A stretch of DNA of 64,000 nucleotides from an uncultured Candidatus Saccharibacteria bacterium (GCA_964469405.1 CAYXYP010000002.1:9338-73337); one strand, 5' to 3'. Positions 30,288 to 38,634 are shown, numbered from the stretch's first letter. The notes: generated by a model not told the origin, from the sequence alone. Translations and numbers: made by a program.

Positions 30288-31094
30288 TTACCGAATCTCG
30301 TACGTAATCGAGACCGATGCGTTATACGTATTCTCACCAACTGGTAAATTCGGTGCTGGCTCCGCCTTTGCATCCGCCCGAGACATACCAAGACCGTACA
30401 TCGGGGACGCATACCCACCTGACGACTCACTGAAATTCACAATCTTCCCGAGATGGACGCCGAGCTGCTTCGCGAGAAGCTTCGCCTGTACTTTCGCTTT
30501 ATCGATTGCGTCAGCTCGAGCAGCGTCGTAACCGGCAGTTGCGTCATCGAGCGCAAACGCGGGGCCGTTTATGTTCTGGACCTCGAGCTTACCAAGCCCA
30601 CCAAGGAGCGTACCTACAGCAGAGAGATCACGCATAGTCACCTGTATTGTTTCAGACACTTGGTAGCCGGTTATTTTAGGTGTGCCACTATAATAATCTG
30701 GACAGACCCCTCCTCGCGGACAAGGATTCGGATATGAGTACTGTGGTGAAATATTGTATGAGAGCGTCTTTACATCCTTTTCATCAACATTCTGCCCTTT
30801 TACATATTCAATTGCGGCATTTGCTTGTTTCGTGGTCACCGCTTGTGCATCGGCAACAGTTGCGGCGATATTTTCAACAGTGAAAGAAATGCGCGCGACG
30901 TCCGGTGGGAGCGTTGCTTGACCAGAACCCTGAACCGTAACCGTATCAGTCGCGGGGACGTCTGGACGACCGAAATTCCCAGCGATGGTTATAGTTTGTG
31001 CGAGCAAAAAAAGCGCAAGAATGCCGAGAGCTCCGATAAGCGCGATGCGTACGCTGCCATTATCGAAAATCTCATAGAGAGGATTGTTGTTCAT
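30288..31094 (-). CDS. SIMPL (DUF541) domain protein
   Basis: TV.G.G....PDVA.ISF.V, AR..AI..AK..A..LA..LGV.LG, V.ITYEI. Confidence 0.9.
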   Translation of the reverse strand: MNNNPLYEIFDNGSVRIALIGALGILALFLLAQTITIAGNFGRPDVPATDTVTVQGSGQATLPPDVARISFTVENIAATVADAQAVTTKQANAAIEYVKGQNVDEKDVKTLSYNISPQYSYPNPCPRGGVCPDYYSGTPKITGYQVSETIQVTMRDLSAVGTLLGGLGKLEVQNINGPAFALDDATAGYDAARADAIDKAKVQAKLLAKQLGVHLGKIVNFSESSGGYASPMYGLGMSRADAKAEPAPNLPVGENTYNASVSITYEIR

Positions 31095-31173
31095 GTCGGA
31101 AAACGAATTATGAATTAATACCGACAGTATAGCATCGAGCTCGTTACCAAACGAGCAGACTCCGGGAGCAAAT

Positions 31174-31821
31174 TTATCCTCCTTGTAGAGTCGTGAGAAG
31201 CTTCCGGAGCGCTGAATGAGCTCGAAGCGTTGAGGTATCAAGGTTCGGATTGGTCCAGTTCATGACTTCTGTATCTAACGCATCGAAACGCAACACGTCG
31301 TTTGCTCGAGCAAGATAATAGGCAGTATCGATAACACCCTCAAACCGTTCTATAGAAACGACCGTGAAGCGATGCGTGCCAAGCACCGTAGAAGAATAGG
31401 CAGTCGCACCAACCGGCTGTCCGGAAGCTCCACCAATGGCTGTTTTTTGAATAGTCATCAGTGCGGTTGAAGATGCGCTAATTTCATGGCGACGGATGAT
31501 GATGCTGGAACGTTTCGTCGACGAAGCTTCGGTAGGCAGTTCATAGGCAGCAATGCTCGCAGCATCGGGGAGCTCGGCTACAACAAAATCCATCGGTATG
31601 GCGAATGCGATGCCGATATCTGATAGTGAAATATTTGGAAGCGGACATTCGGCGAAGACGCAAGAAGGCCCAGTACGCGCGATCGAAGTACCATCAGGAC
31701 ACTGCAGAGCATCAAGAGGGCACGTAATCGGCTTTGTCGGATGTTCAACTGCATTTCGATACACGAATCCGCCAATCCCAATAATGACGATGGCCAAAAG
31801 ACCAAGAAATAAACTCTTCAT
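31174..31821 (-). CDS. Membrane-anchored extracellular protein with 4-Cys motif
   Basis: TM helix followed by CPLDALQCPDGTSIARTGPSCVFAECP. Confidence 0.7.
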   Translation of the reverse strand: MKSLFLGLLAIVIIGIGGFVYRNAVEHPTKPITCPLDALQCPDGTSIARTGPSCVFAECPLPNISLSDIGIAFAIPMDFVVAELPDAASIAAYELPTEASSTKRSSIIIRRHEISASSTALMTIQKTAIGGASGQPVGATAYSSTVLGTHRFTVVSIERFEGVIDTAYYLARANDVLRFDALDTEVMNWTNPNLDTSTLRAHSALRKLLTTLQGG

Positions 31822-31842
31822 TCGCGCATGGTACCACGCAAC

Positions 31843-31918
31843 TGGGGCGACTATCGGGAATCGAACCCGAATTGAGAGCTCCACAAGCTCCAGTGTTAAC
31901 CGTTACACCATAGTCGCC
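31843..31918 (-). tRNA. tRNA-His(GTG)
   Basis: Cloverleaf with G-1, GTG anticodon, encoded CCA. Confidence 0.95.
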
Positions 31919-31987
31919 ATGTTCATACCTAATCTGTCGATAGGCTCGATATTTTTATAACACGAAAACGGAAAGTGCGCGAAGAAA

Positions 31988-32520
31988 TTAATATCGAGGA
32001 TTTTCCTCTGCGACACCCTTAATATGATTTGCGAGACGTGCAAATGCAAAGAGCAACGACGAAAGACGATTTATGTATGCCATAGTTTCTTTTGTAGGAG
32101 AACATGCTTGCGCTTCTACCGCAGCGATAAGCCTCCTCTCGGTGCGGCGCGCGATGGTCCGCGCGACGTCGAGGAGCGCGGAGAGTTCAGTTCCCCCAGC
32201 AATGGAAAACCCTTTAATCGGGGGATCTCATTTTCTATATTGTTTACCAATTCCTCGACCTCTCGCACAGCAGACTTCCCCACTTTCTTATCTGCGCCAG
32301 CGACCTCCGCTTGAACGATAAAAAGTGTTTCTTGTACGGCACGTAGTCCGCCCTGAATACGCGACTCTCCGACGCTGCGCATTTTCACAAACCCAAGAAA
32401 TGCATTCAGCTCATCAAGCGCACCAAGTGCTTCCGGCACGAGTGATGATTTAGAGATCCGCTGCTGATTGCAGCCGAACGTCTTCGTTGTGCCATCGTCT
32501 CCTTTACCAGTAAAAAGCAT
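31988..32520 (-). pseudogene. PduO-type cob(I)alamin adenosyltransferase with a 1-nt frameshift
   Basis: TGKGDDGTT...GALDELN in one frame; GGTE...ARTIARRTER...INRLSSLLF..AR in the -1 frame; total span 533 nt. Confidence 0.85.
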
Positions 32521-32567
32521 ATGCGGTGATCGTGCGCTTAGTATACCTTTCCAAGAATGTAAAAACA

Positions 32568-32600
32568 GAACGGGACGTGTCTTATCAGACACGTCCCGTT
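32568..32600 (-). terminator. Terminator of the desaturase gene
   Basis: AACGGGACGTGTCT/AGACACGTCCCGTT stem. Confidence 0.7.
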
Positions 32601-32613
32601 TACGGCTATTGCT

Positions 32614-33504
32614 CTACGCTTGTTCAAGAACAGTTTTGCGAGCTTTTTCTATTTTATCATCAGGAGTTCGCTTAAGGTCTGTGGCCAATCCAAGCTTTGA
32701 CAGTCCAAGAATTATCCACTTGGACGGGTCGAAATTGTACCAAAGTAGACCATTTCGAAAATCTCTCGGGAAGGCATGGTGGTAATTGTGATACCCTTCG
32801 CCGAAAGTAACGAGGGATACAATCCAGCTATCCTGCGACGAATTCGCTCGGGTATATGGTTGACTGCTTCCCCAATGTCTCATGTGGGCAAGGCTATTGA
32901 TGAAGAACGTTGCATGCCACACGAGAATGGATGCGGAAACTCGAGAAATGAAACCTCCAAGAGGATCACCCCAGAGAGACGCAATAAGGACCGGCATGAT
33001 TCCCCAAAAAAAGATGATCAGCAGGTAGTAATTCTTGTGCTGAAAATTCACGAGCTGTGCGGTCCATGAATCCTCAGTGAGATGATCTGCTGCGCTGAAA
33101 TCTCCCTTTTTCCTGTCGGGATCCTTGAAAAGAATCCAACCGATATGTGAGTGCCAAAATCCTCGTGCCGCATTGTAAGGATCCTCGTCTTTGTCGGTTT
33201 TCTGATGGTGAATAACATGGCCAGAAACCCATACCTTGATGGTATTTTCAATAGCGGTTGTTCCGCAGATCGCGAGAATCGTCTGCACTACTTTCCCGCA
33301 TTTGAAAGAACGGTGGGTGAAAAAACGATGGTATCCGACCGTAATTCCAAGTCCACTTATGAAGAACCAGACTACGCCTGAAGCGATAGTCTGCCACTTC
33401 CAGTGACCGAGAGCTAGGGTATAGAAGCCGTAAAACGCGATAACGTGAACTACGCCCATGAAGATGGCGTTCTGCAAATACAGTTTTCCCTTCTTTGGTG
33501 CCAT
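32614..33504 (-). CDS. Delta-9-type membrane fatty acid desaturase
   Basis: His boxes GYHRFFTH, HVIHH, GEGYHNYHH; INSLAH; DPSKW. Confidence 0.92.
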   Translation of the reverse strand: MAPKKGKLYLQNAIFMGVVHVIAFYGFYTLALGHWKWQTIASGVVWFFISGLGITVGYHRFFTHRSFKCGKVVQTILAICGTTAIENTIKVWVSGHVIHHQKTDKDEDPYNAARGFWHSHIGWILFKDPDRKKGDFSAADHLTEDSWTAQLVNFQHKNYYLLIIFFWGIMPVLIASLWGDPLGGFISRVSASILVWHATFFINSLAHMRHWGSSQPYTRANSSQDSWIVSLVTFGEGYHNYHHAFPRDFRNGLLWYNFDPSKWIILGLSKLGLATDLKRTPDDKIEKARKTVLEQA

Positions 33505-33674
33505 CATTCATTCACCTCCTTCCCCTAATAACAGATTGTTCAATGTGCTCTATCCTCCCCCAAGATAACAGATTGTCAGAAATTCGAAACGAGTTCCCTA
33601 ATGGTGCGCCGCTTTGGACAGAATTAGAACTTTATACAACACTCGCGATTCCGAACTCCTCAGGACATTAGCTA

Positions 33675-33896
33675 TTATTCGGGATTTGGAAAGGAGGCAT
33701 CATGGTCGTCGCAAGAATCTGCCAAAGGCGGCGTAGGACGGCCGCTATGTTCGCCGGGTAGCGGACTATAGATAATCAGGTAGAGATTGATGAGGCGGCT
33801 TGCCATTTCCCGAGCCTCTTCCTCCTCAATGATCTTGCCGCACTCTTTTGCGTATATGACTCTAAATTCTTCGATTGATTCTTTTGGTGGATACAT
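33675..33896 (-). CDS. 73-aa helical protein, copy 1 (putative recombination accessory factor)
   Basis: SIEEFR.IY..E.G......A.EM..RLI.LY.IIY.PLPGE shared with the two other copies. Confidence 0.75.
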   Translation of the reverse strand: MYPPKESIEEFRVIYAKECGKIIEEEEAREMASRLINLYLIIYSPLPGEHSGRPTPPLADSCDDHDASFPNPE

Positions 33897-33934
33897 CTCT
33901 GGAGCATACGCAGGCACTCCCAAAAGGGCAGGAA

Positions 33935-34699
33935 TTACTTCTCAGAGTCTCTGTCTATTCGCTGTGTGCGGCTTCGTGTCAGGGTTTCCTTTCTCATCTC
34001 AAATAGGAGCTCCTTCATAACTTCAGGTTTAACCCGTATGTATGGAACTCCGTTGATAACTTCTTCTTCAATGTACGCCGGTAAGGACTGACGCCGATAC
34101 ACCGCAGGATCGTTCATATCCACACGAATAGTTTCTATTGGTTGATGAAAGAGTCTATTAACTACACAACCTGTAATTTCAGTATTGGTCGAGCTACCTT
34201 CCAATCGTAAGACCCACACACGCCTAAATGGGCCTGGGGAAAGGAGACTCTCTTTCAACTGCTCGACCCACGTCGGGCTTTGCGCGTTATTCAAGTAGAT
34301 AAGGAGATCGTAGTTTGTAGTTGAATAATGGTTTTCAAGTTTCCCTTTAATGATCACTCTTGCCTCCTCAATGCTCGTGCACCGCGGCGGCACCTCAACC
34401 AGTTCTATTTGTGCAAAACCAATACCGGGTGGATTTCCATCAAATACCAGGAGGCTGAAGTCAGGAAATTGATCCTTAACGGGCAACAAGAACCAATCTA
34501 AACCCGTGACCTTCTTCATTGCGACCATAAAGTACATAAGAGCAAAGCTCTCCCTATCTTTCTTTACATTCTCATCGGTGCTCGAGAAAAACTTCTTGGA
34601 ACCAATGCGCTTGAGTGTCGTTTCCATCTTTCTCAGCACCGCAATCCAATCTGAAAGAAGCAAAGAGTTGCTAGAAATGAAGCTTGGTTCCTGGGACAT
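33935..34699 (-). CDS. Hypothetical cargo protein, possible PD-(D/E)xK-like fold
   Basis: 254-aa ORF; RE...FPDF...QIELVEV pattern. Confidence 0.6.
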   Translation of the reverse strand: MSQEPSFISSNSLLLSDWIAVLRKMETTLKRIGSKKFFSSTDENVKKDRESFALMYFMVAMKKVTGLDWFLLPVKDQFPDFSLLVFDGNPPGIGFAQIELVEVPPRCTSIEEARVIIKGKLENHYSTTNYDLLIYLNNAQSPTWVEQLKESLLSPGPFRRVWVLRLEGSSTNTEITGCVVNRLFHQPIETIRVDMNDPAVYRRQSLPAYIEEEVINGVPYIRVKPEVMKELLFEMRKETLTRSRTQRIDRDSEK

Positions 34700-34944
34700 T
34701 CATACATTGAAGCGAATGTCTGTCGCTTTGACTAGGCGGGGAACGACACAGAAAGGTTCGAATCCTGGACAGTGTCAACTGAACGAAACAAAAAATACCG
34801 ACAGTCGCGTAAAAAAGCCCTGAATTACAGGGCTTTTTAACGGCGTGATATTTTGCCTGCGAGACAAGAACTGGTGCGCCACTTTGGACAGAATTAGAAC
34901 TTTATACAACACTCGCGATTCCGAACTCCTCAGGACATTAGCTA

Positions 34945-35166
34945 TTATTCGGGACTTGGAGAGGAAGCTTGGAGCTCTCCAAGATGATCTTCCGAAGGCG
35001 GCATAGGGTGCTTAGGGATCTCGCCGGGTAGCGGACAGTAGATGATGAAGTAGAGCTCTATCAGACGATCGGTCATCTCAATTGCATCCCTCTCCGATAA
35101 GTACTTCCCGAATTCTTCCTGGTACAACTTCCGGAATTCATCAATGCTGGTTTTGTGTGTATGCAT
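34945..35166 (-). CDS. 73-aa helical protein, copy 2
   Basis: Paralog of 33675-33896 and 36072-36293. Confidence 0.75.
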   Translation of the reverse strand: MHTHKTSIDEFRKLYQEEFGKYLSERDAIEMTDRLIELYFIIYCPLPGEIPKHPMPPSEDHLGELQASSPSPE

Positions 35167-35263
35167 GAGTACGGTCTACCCATGTCTCAGAAATCTTCAA
35201 GGGTTGCCACAAACAAAAAGAGCCAGGTTGTGTAACCTGACTCTTTTGATATAACGTTTACAA

Positions 35264-35587
35264 CTACCGAGCACAGAACTTCCCAGCTGGTTGGTTTTCA
35301 TAAATGGAATAGACTCGTCGTTGGCCATAGATGACCTTTTCGCCTGGTTGGAGATCTTTGCAGACACGTGTGCGACGCAGGAGTTTTCCGTTGCCGTCAT
35401 AATCGTGCCTCACCCACCAAGAGCCACCTGAACACCTGATCTGTCCATCAGTTTTCAAGATGAGCATTCGGCGACCCCAAAGCGGATAGAAATCGTAGCT
35501 ATGGGGCTCATTCTCGTTTCCACTACCCATCTCCCATCCCACAAGATGATCGAGACGAGCAAACACTCTTTGGAGCAAGGTTGTCAT
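35264..35587 (-). CDS. Hypothetical cargo protein
   Basis: 107 aa; SD AGGAGG; hairpin at 35214-35248 downstream. Confidence 0.55.
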   Translation of the reverse strand: MTTLLQRVFARLDHLVGWEMGSGNENEPHSYDFYPLWGRRMLILKTDGQIRCSGGSWWVRHDYDGNGKLLRRTRVCKDLQPGEKVIYGQRRVYSIYENQPAGKFCAR

Positions 35588-35595
35588 GAACCCTC

Positions 35596-35760
35596 CTATC
35601 TTTCAATTGGGACAGTTTGAACAATCGTTTTCACACTTTCATGACCTGGTCGATGGGTGAGGATTAGAATTGTGCCGCGTTCCTCTCCTTGGAAATATTC
35701 GACAGTCTCTCCTCGCTTCTGTACTCGAGCCACCCTACCTCCGCCCGCTTTCTTTTCCAT
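35596..35760 (-). CDS. Hypothetical 54-aa cargo protein (MEKKAGGG...VPIER)
   Basis: Hand translation; AAGGA upstream; stop abuts the SD of the next ORF. Confidence 0.4.
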   Translation of the reverse strand: MEKKAGGGRVARVQKRGETVEYFQGEERGTILILTHRPGHESVKTIVQTVPIER

Positions 35761-36000
35761 GCCATTTCCTTTCTGTGATCCATCAAAGAGCTGTTATGAA
35801 TTGTCTTCGCTGCTGTGGGAAAGTAAAGCACCCATGGTCGAGACTGTCACGAGAGGTGTTTCGGCAGGGTGCGAGAAAAAGGTTCGAATCCTATACAGAG
35901 TCGACAGGACAGATTTAGAAAGGCCGGCAATGCAACAAAAAAGCCCTTAGTTACAGGGCTTTTTTGTGTAGTGATATTTTGCCTACGAGGCAACGTGCGG

Positions 36001-36464
36001 GTGCACCGCTTTGGACAGAATCAGAACTTTGTATAACGCTCGCGATCCTGAACTGCTCCACACACTCGCCATTATTCGGGATTTGGAAAGGAAGCATCAT
36101 ACTCGTCGCAAGAATCTGCCAAAGGCGGCGTAGTGACGTCGTTATGTTCACCGGGCAACGGGCGATACAAAATCTGGTAGAGACCGATCAAGCGTGCTAC
36201 CATCTCGATCGCATCTTCTTCAGATAGGTACTTCCCACACTCCTCCTGGTACAGCTTTCGAAATTCATCAATGCTATTTGTGTGTATGGGCATACCTACT
36301 CTCTACCCGTATATCAAAACTCTTCAAGTTTCTGGCTTCAGAAAGGTTCGAGTCCTACACAGAGTCAGCAGAACAGATTTAAAAAAGCTCGTGAAGCAGC
36401 AAAAAAGCCCTGAATTACAGGGCTTTTTTACGGTGTGAAATTTTGCCTGCGAGGCAATGTGCGA
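36001..36464. mobile_element. tRNA-Leu tandem mini-element, unit 3 (464 bp, no cargo)
   Basis: Only left end, 73-aa ORF and right end; abuts the tRNA 3' end. Confidence 0.75.
36072..36293 (-). CDS. 73-aa helical protein, copy 3
   Basis: Paralog of copies 1 and 2. Confidence 0.75.
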   Translation of the reverse strand: MPIHTNSIDEFRKLYQEECGKYLSEEDAIEMVARLIGLYQILYRPLPGEHNDVTTPPLADSCDEYDASFPNPE

Positions 36465-36465
36465 G

Positions 36466-36549
36466 TGCCCAGGAGAGGACTCGAACCTCCAAGCCCTTTC
36501 GGGCGCTACCACCTCAAGGTAGTACGTCTACCAATTTCGCCACCTGGGC
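36466..36549 (-). tRNA. tRNA-Leu(GAG)
   Basis: Cloverleaf with long variable arm, CTACC-TTGAGGT-GGTAG anticodon arm; CCA not encoded. Confidence 0.95.
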
Positions 36550-36568
36550 AACGGAAACACTATAAACG

Positions 36569-36603
36569 AAAAACCGCCGATCGCAAAGCGATCGGCGGTT
36601 TTT
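36569..36603 (-). terminator. Terminator after rplS
   Basis: AAAAACCGCCGATCGC/GCGATCGGCGGTTTTT. Confidence 0.8.
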
Positions 36604-36614
36604 CCTCTTAAAAT

Positions 36615-37067
36615 CTAAGCTGCAACTTCTTCCTTCGCTTCCTCTGCAGGAACGACCGCTTCATCACTCTTCATGTTCATCATGCGTGCGTTGCGCAGCT
36701 GGCGGCGGACCGCTTTGGTTGCCTTCTCACGGATGAAGTAGAGTTTGGCGCGACGGACCTTGGAACGCTTTACAATCTCGATCGAATCAATTGAAGGGGT
36801 ATAGAGTGGAAAAGTCTTCTCAACACCGACACCCGAGAGCGTCGCACGGACAGTAAACATTGCCCCGGCTTCCGTACCGTGCTTGGTCGAGAGGACAAGA
36901 CCTTCGAAAGTCTGTTTACGAACGTTTTTTGTGGTCTTCTCTTTTTTGTCGGTGCCACGACCTTTCTTGAGTTCAACAATATTCTGCACGACGCGCACAG
37001 TATCACCCGAGCGAATGCCGAGCTTCGCGCGTCCTTCTACGTTCACCGGAGTTATAACTTTCTGCAT
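36615..37067 (-). CDS. rplS: 50S ribosomal protein L19
   Basis: GDTVRV, Q.FEG.V, GVGVEKTFP, KVRRAKLYFIR. Confidence 0.96.
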   Translation of the reverse strand: MQKVITPVNVEGRAKLGIRSGDTVRVVQNIVELKKGRGTDKKEKTTKNVRKQTFEGLVLSTKHGTEAGAMFTVRATLSGVGVEKTFPLYTPSIDSIEIVKRSKVRRAKLYFIREKATKAVRRQLRNARMMNMKSDEAVVPAEEAKEEVAA

Positions 37068-37110
37068 GTGTCGAGCACTCTAGCACGCGTTGTAAGAGAG
37101 AGCAAACTCA

Positions 37111-37821
37111 CTACCCTAGCGAGGAGAGTGTCGCGCTCATACCGGGAAAATGGGCAAATGCGGGTGCAAGATCGTCCGGTATGGGCGCAACAATGCGGAC
37201 GCGGCCACCCGAAGGAAGCGGAATATTCAGCACATACGCATGAAGACCGAGGCGCTTTATACCGAGTGCGGCGGGATGATTCGGAGCATACAAAGGATCA
37301 CCGACAATCGGGTGATGGATTGCTTTCAAATGCACGCGAATCTGATGAGTTCTACCAGTCTCAGGAGTCATCCGCAGAAGTGCATACTCGCCAGTCTCAG
37401 CGAGAACCTCGTAGTGTGTAAGAGCGTCGCGCAAGAGTCCTTTAGCTTTTGGTTGTGCACTTCGAAGACGGAAATCACTGCGCGAACGACCGATATCGAA
37501 ATCAATAGTTCCCTGCTTCTTTTTAGGCGCTCCATACACGAAAGCCAGATACTCCTTCTTCACTTCCCTGTCATGAAATGCTTTCCTTAAGAACTCATAG
37601 GCTACTGCATGTTTCGCAAAGACGAGTACTCCCGAAGTATCACGATCAAGTCGATGTACGTACCCAGAAGAGGGCGGCGTAGTAGTTTCTATTTTATATT
37701 TTGATGTAAACCAATCCTCGGCTGTTTCTTCCTGTGTCCTCCCATCCGAGTGCGTTATAAGCCCTGCGGGCTTCGCAATCGCAACAATGTCGGCATCTTC
37801 ATAGAGAATAGAGAGTTCCAT
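37111..37821 (-). CDS. RluA-family pseudouridine synthase
   Basis: HRLDRDTSG, TGRTHQIRVH, LHAY. Confidence 0.95.
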   Translation of the reverse strand: MELSILYEDADIVAIAKPAGLITHSDGRTQEETAEDWFTSKYKIETTTPPSSGYVHRLDRDTSGVLVFAKHAVAYEFLRKAFHDREVKKEYLAFVYGAPKKKQGTIDFDIGRSRSDFRLRSAQPKAKGLLRDALTHYEVLAETGEYALLRMTPETGRTHQIRVHLKAIHHPIVGDPLYAPNHPAALGIKRLGLHAYVLNIPLPSGGRVRIVAPIPDDLAPAFAHFPGMSATLSSLG

Positions 37822-37843
37822 TACCCCACAGTATCATTCCCAA

Positions 37844-38596
37844 CTATTTCCCGCTTCGACGTTCGCGTGTAGAGAATTCTGAGAGAATGGTGTTGAACTC
37901 TTTTTTTGTGAAAGCGGGCCACTTCGTATTGGTAAAAAAAAGTTCGCTATAGATTGACTGCCAGGGAAGAAAATTTGAAAGGCGTTTTTCGCCGCCCGTA
38001 CGGATAATAAGATCCGGATCGGGCATATCATGTGACCAGAGTTTTTGTATAAAATCATCTTCAGTAATCTGTGGTTTTGCGATATCGTGTTTTGCATCTG
38101 CTGAGACACGAGAGGAATCGCGACTCTCCGAAAAAAGAGCATTCACCGCAGACAAAATCTCTGCACGGCCTCCATACGACATCAAGAGATGTAACGTAAT
38201 GTCATACATCGTCGCCGAAACTTTTTCCATGCGATCCATCATCTTTTGCATATCGGTTGAAAAACGCTCCCTATCACCAACAAAACGCACGCGCACGCGC
38301 TCATTGAGCATTTTTTTCGTTTCATTTTCAAGAATAAAACGAAAAAGATTTATCAAGTAGCCAACTTCTTTTTCTGAGCGCTGCCAATTTTCCGTTGAGA
38401 ATGCATACATAGCCACATGAGGAATGCCCGCTTCACGCGCGAAACGCACTATTTCTTTAAGCTTCTTATATCCCTCGGCGTGTCCTTCATATGCTGGCAA
38501 GTTATTCTCCTTTGCCCACCGACGATTACCATCCATAATAATGCCAACACAGGTTACCTGTGACGTACCATTTATTATTTTTTTGCGCTCATTCAT
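37844..38596 (-). CDS. uppS: Undecaprenyl diphosphate synthase
   Basis: IMDGNRRWA, YAFSTENW.R, DLIIRTGGEKRLSNFL.WQ. Confidence 0.96.
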   Translation of the reverse strand: MNERKKIINGTSQVTCVGIIMDGNRRWAKENNLPAYEGHAEGYKKLKEIVRFAREAGIPHVAMYAFSTENWQRSEKEVGYLINLFRFILENETKKMLNERVRVRFVGDRERFSTDMQKMMDRMEKVSATMYDITLHLLMSYGGRAEILSAVNALFSESRDSSRVSADAKHDIAKPQITEDDFIQKLWSHDMPDPDLIIRTGGEKRLSNFLPWQSIYSELFFTNTKWPAFTKKEFNTILSEFSTRERRSGK

Positions 38597-38634
38597 ATTT
38601 ATTTCAACCTACAGATCATTACTTTTGGTTTCAG

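Larger units (their letters stand above)
33604..34873. mobile_element. tRNA-Leu tandem mini-element, unit 1 (1270 bp)
   Basis: Bounded by GTGC cores; left end 33602-33684 matches 34872-34954 at 82/83 nt; conserved right end. Confidence 0.75.
34874..36000. mobile_element. tRNA-Leu tandem mini-element, unit 2 (1127 bp)
   Basis: Same left and right ends as units 1 and 3, different cargo. Confidence 0.75.

Noticed and set aside
32116-32592. 158-aa ORF as a complete gene
   Set aside because: It is the 5' frame of the frameshifted PduO with a spurious extension and tail.
33602-36464. CRISPR array or classical integron
   Set aside because: Repeats are >80 bp with 0.5-1.3 kb periods; no cas or intI gene; ends are tRNA-related rather than attC boxes.
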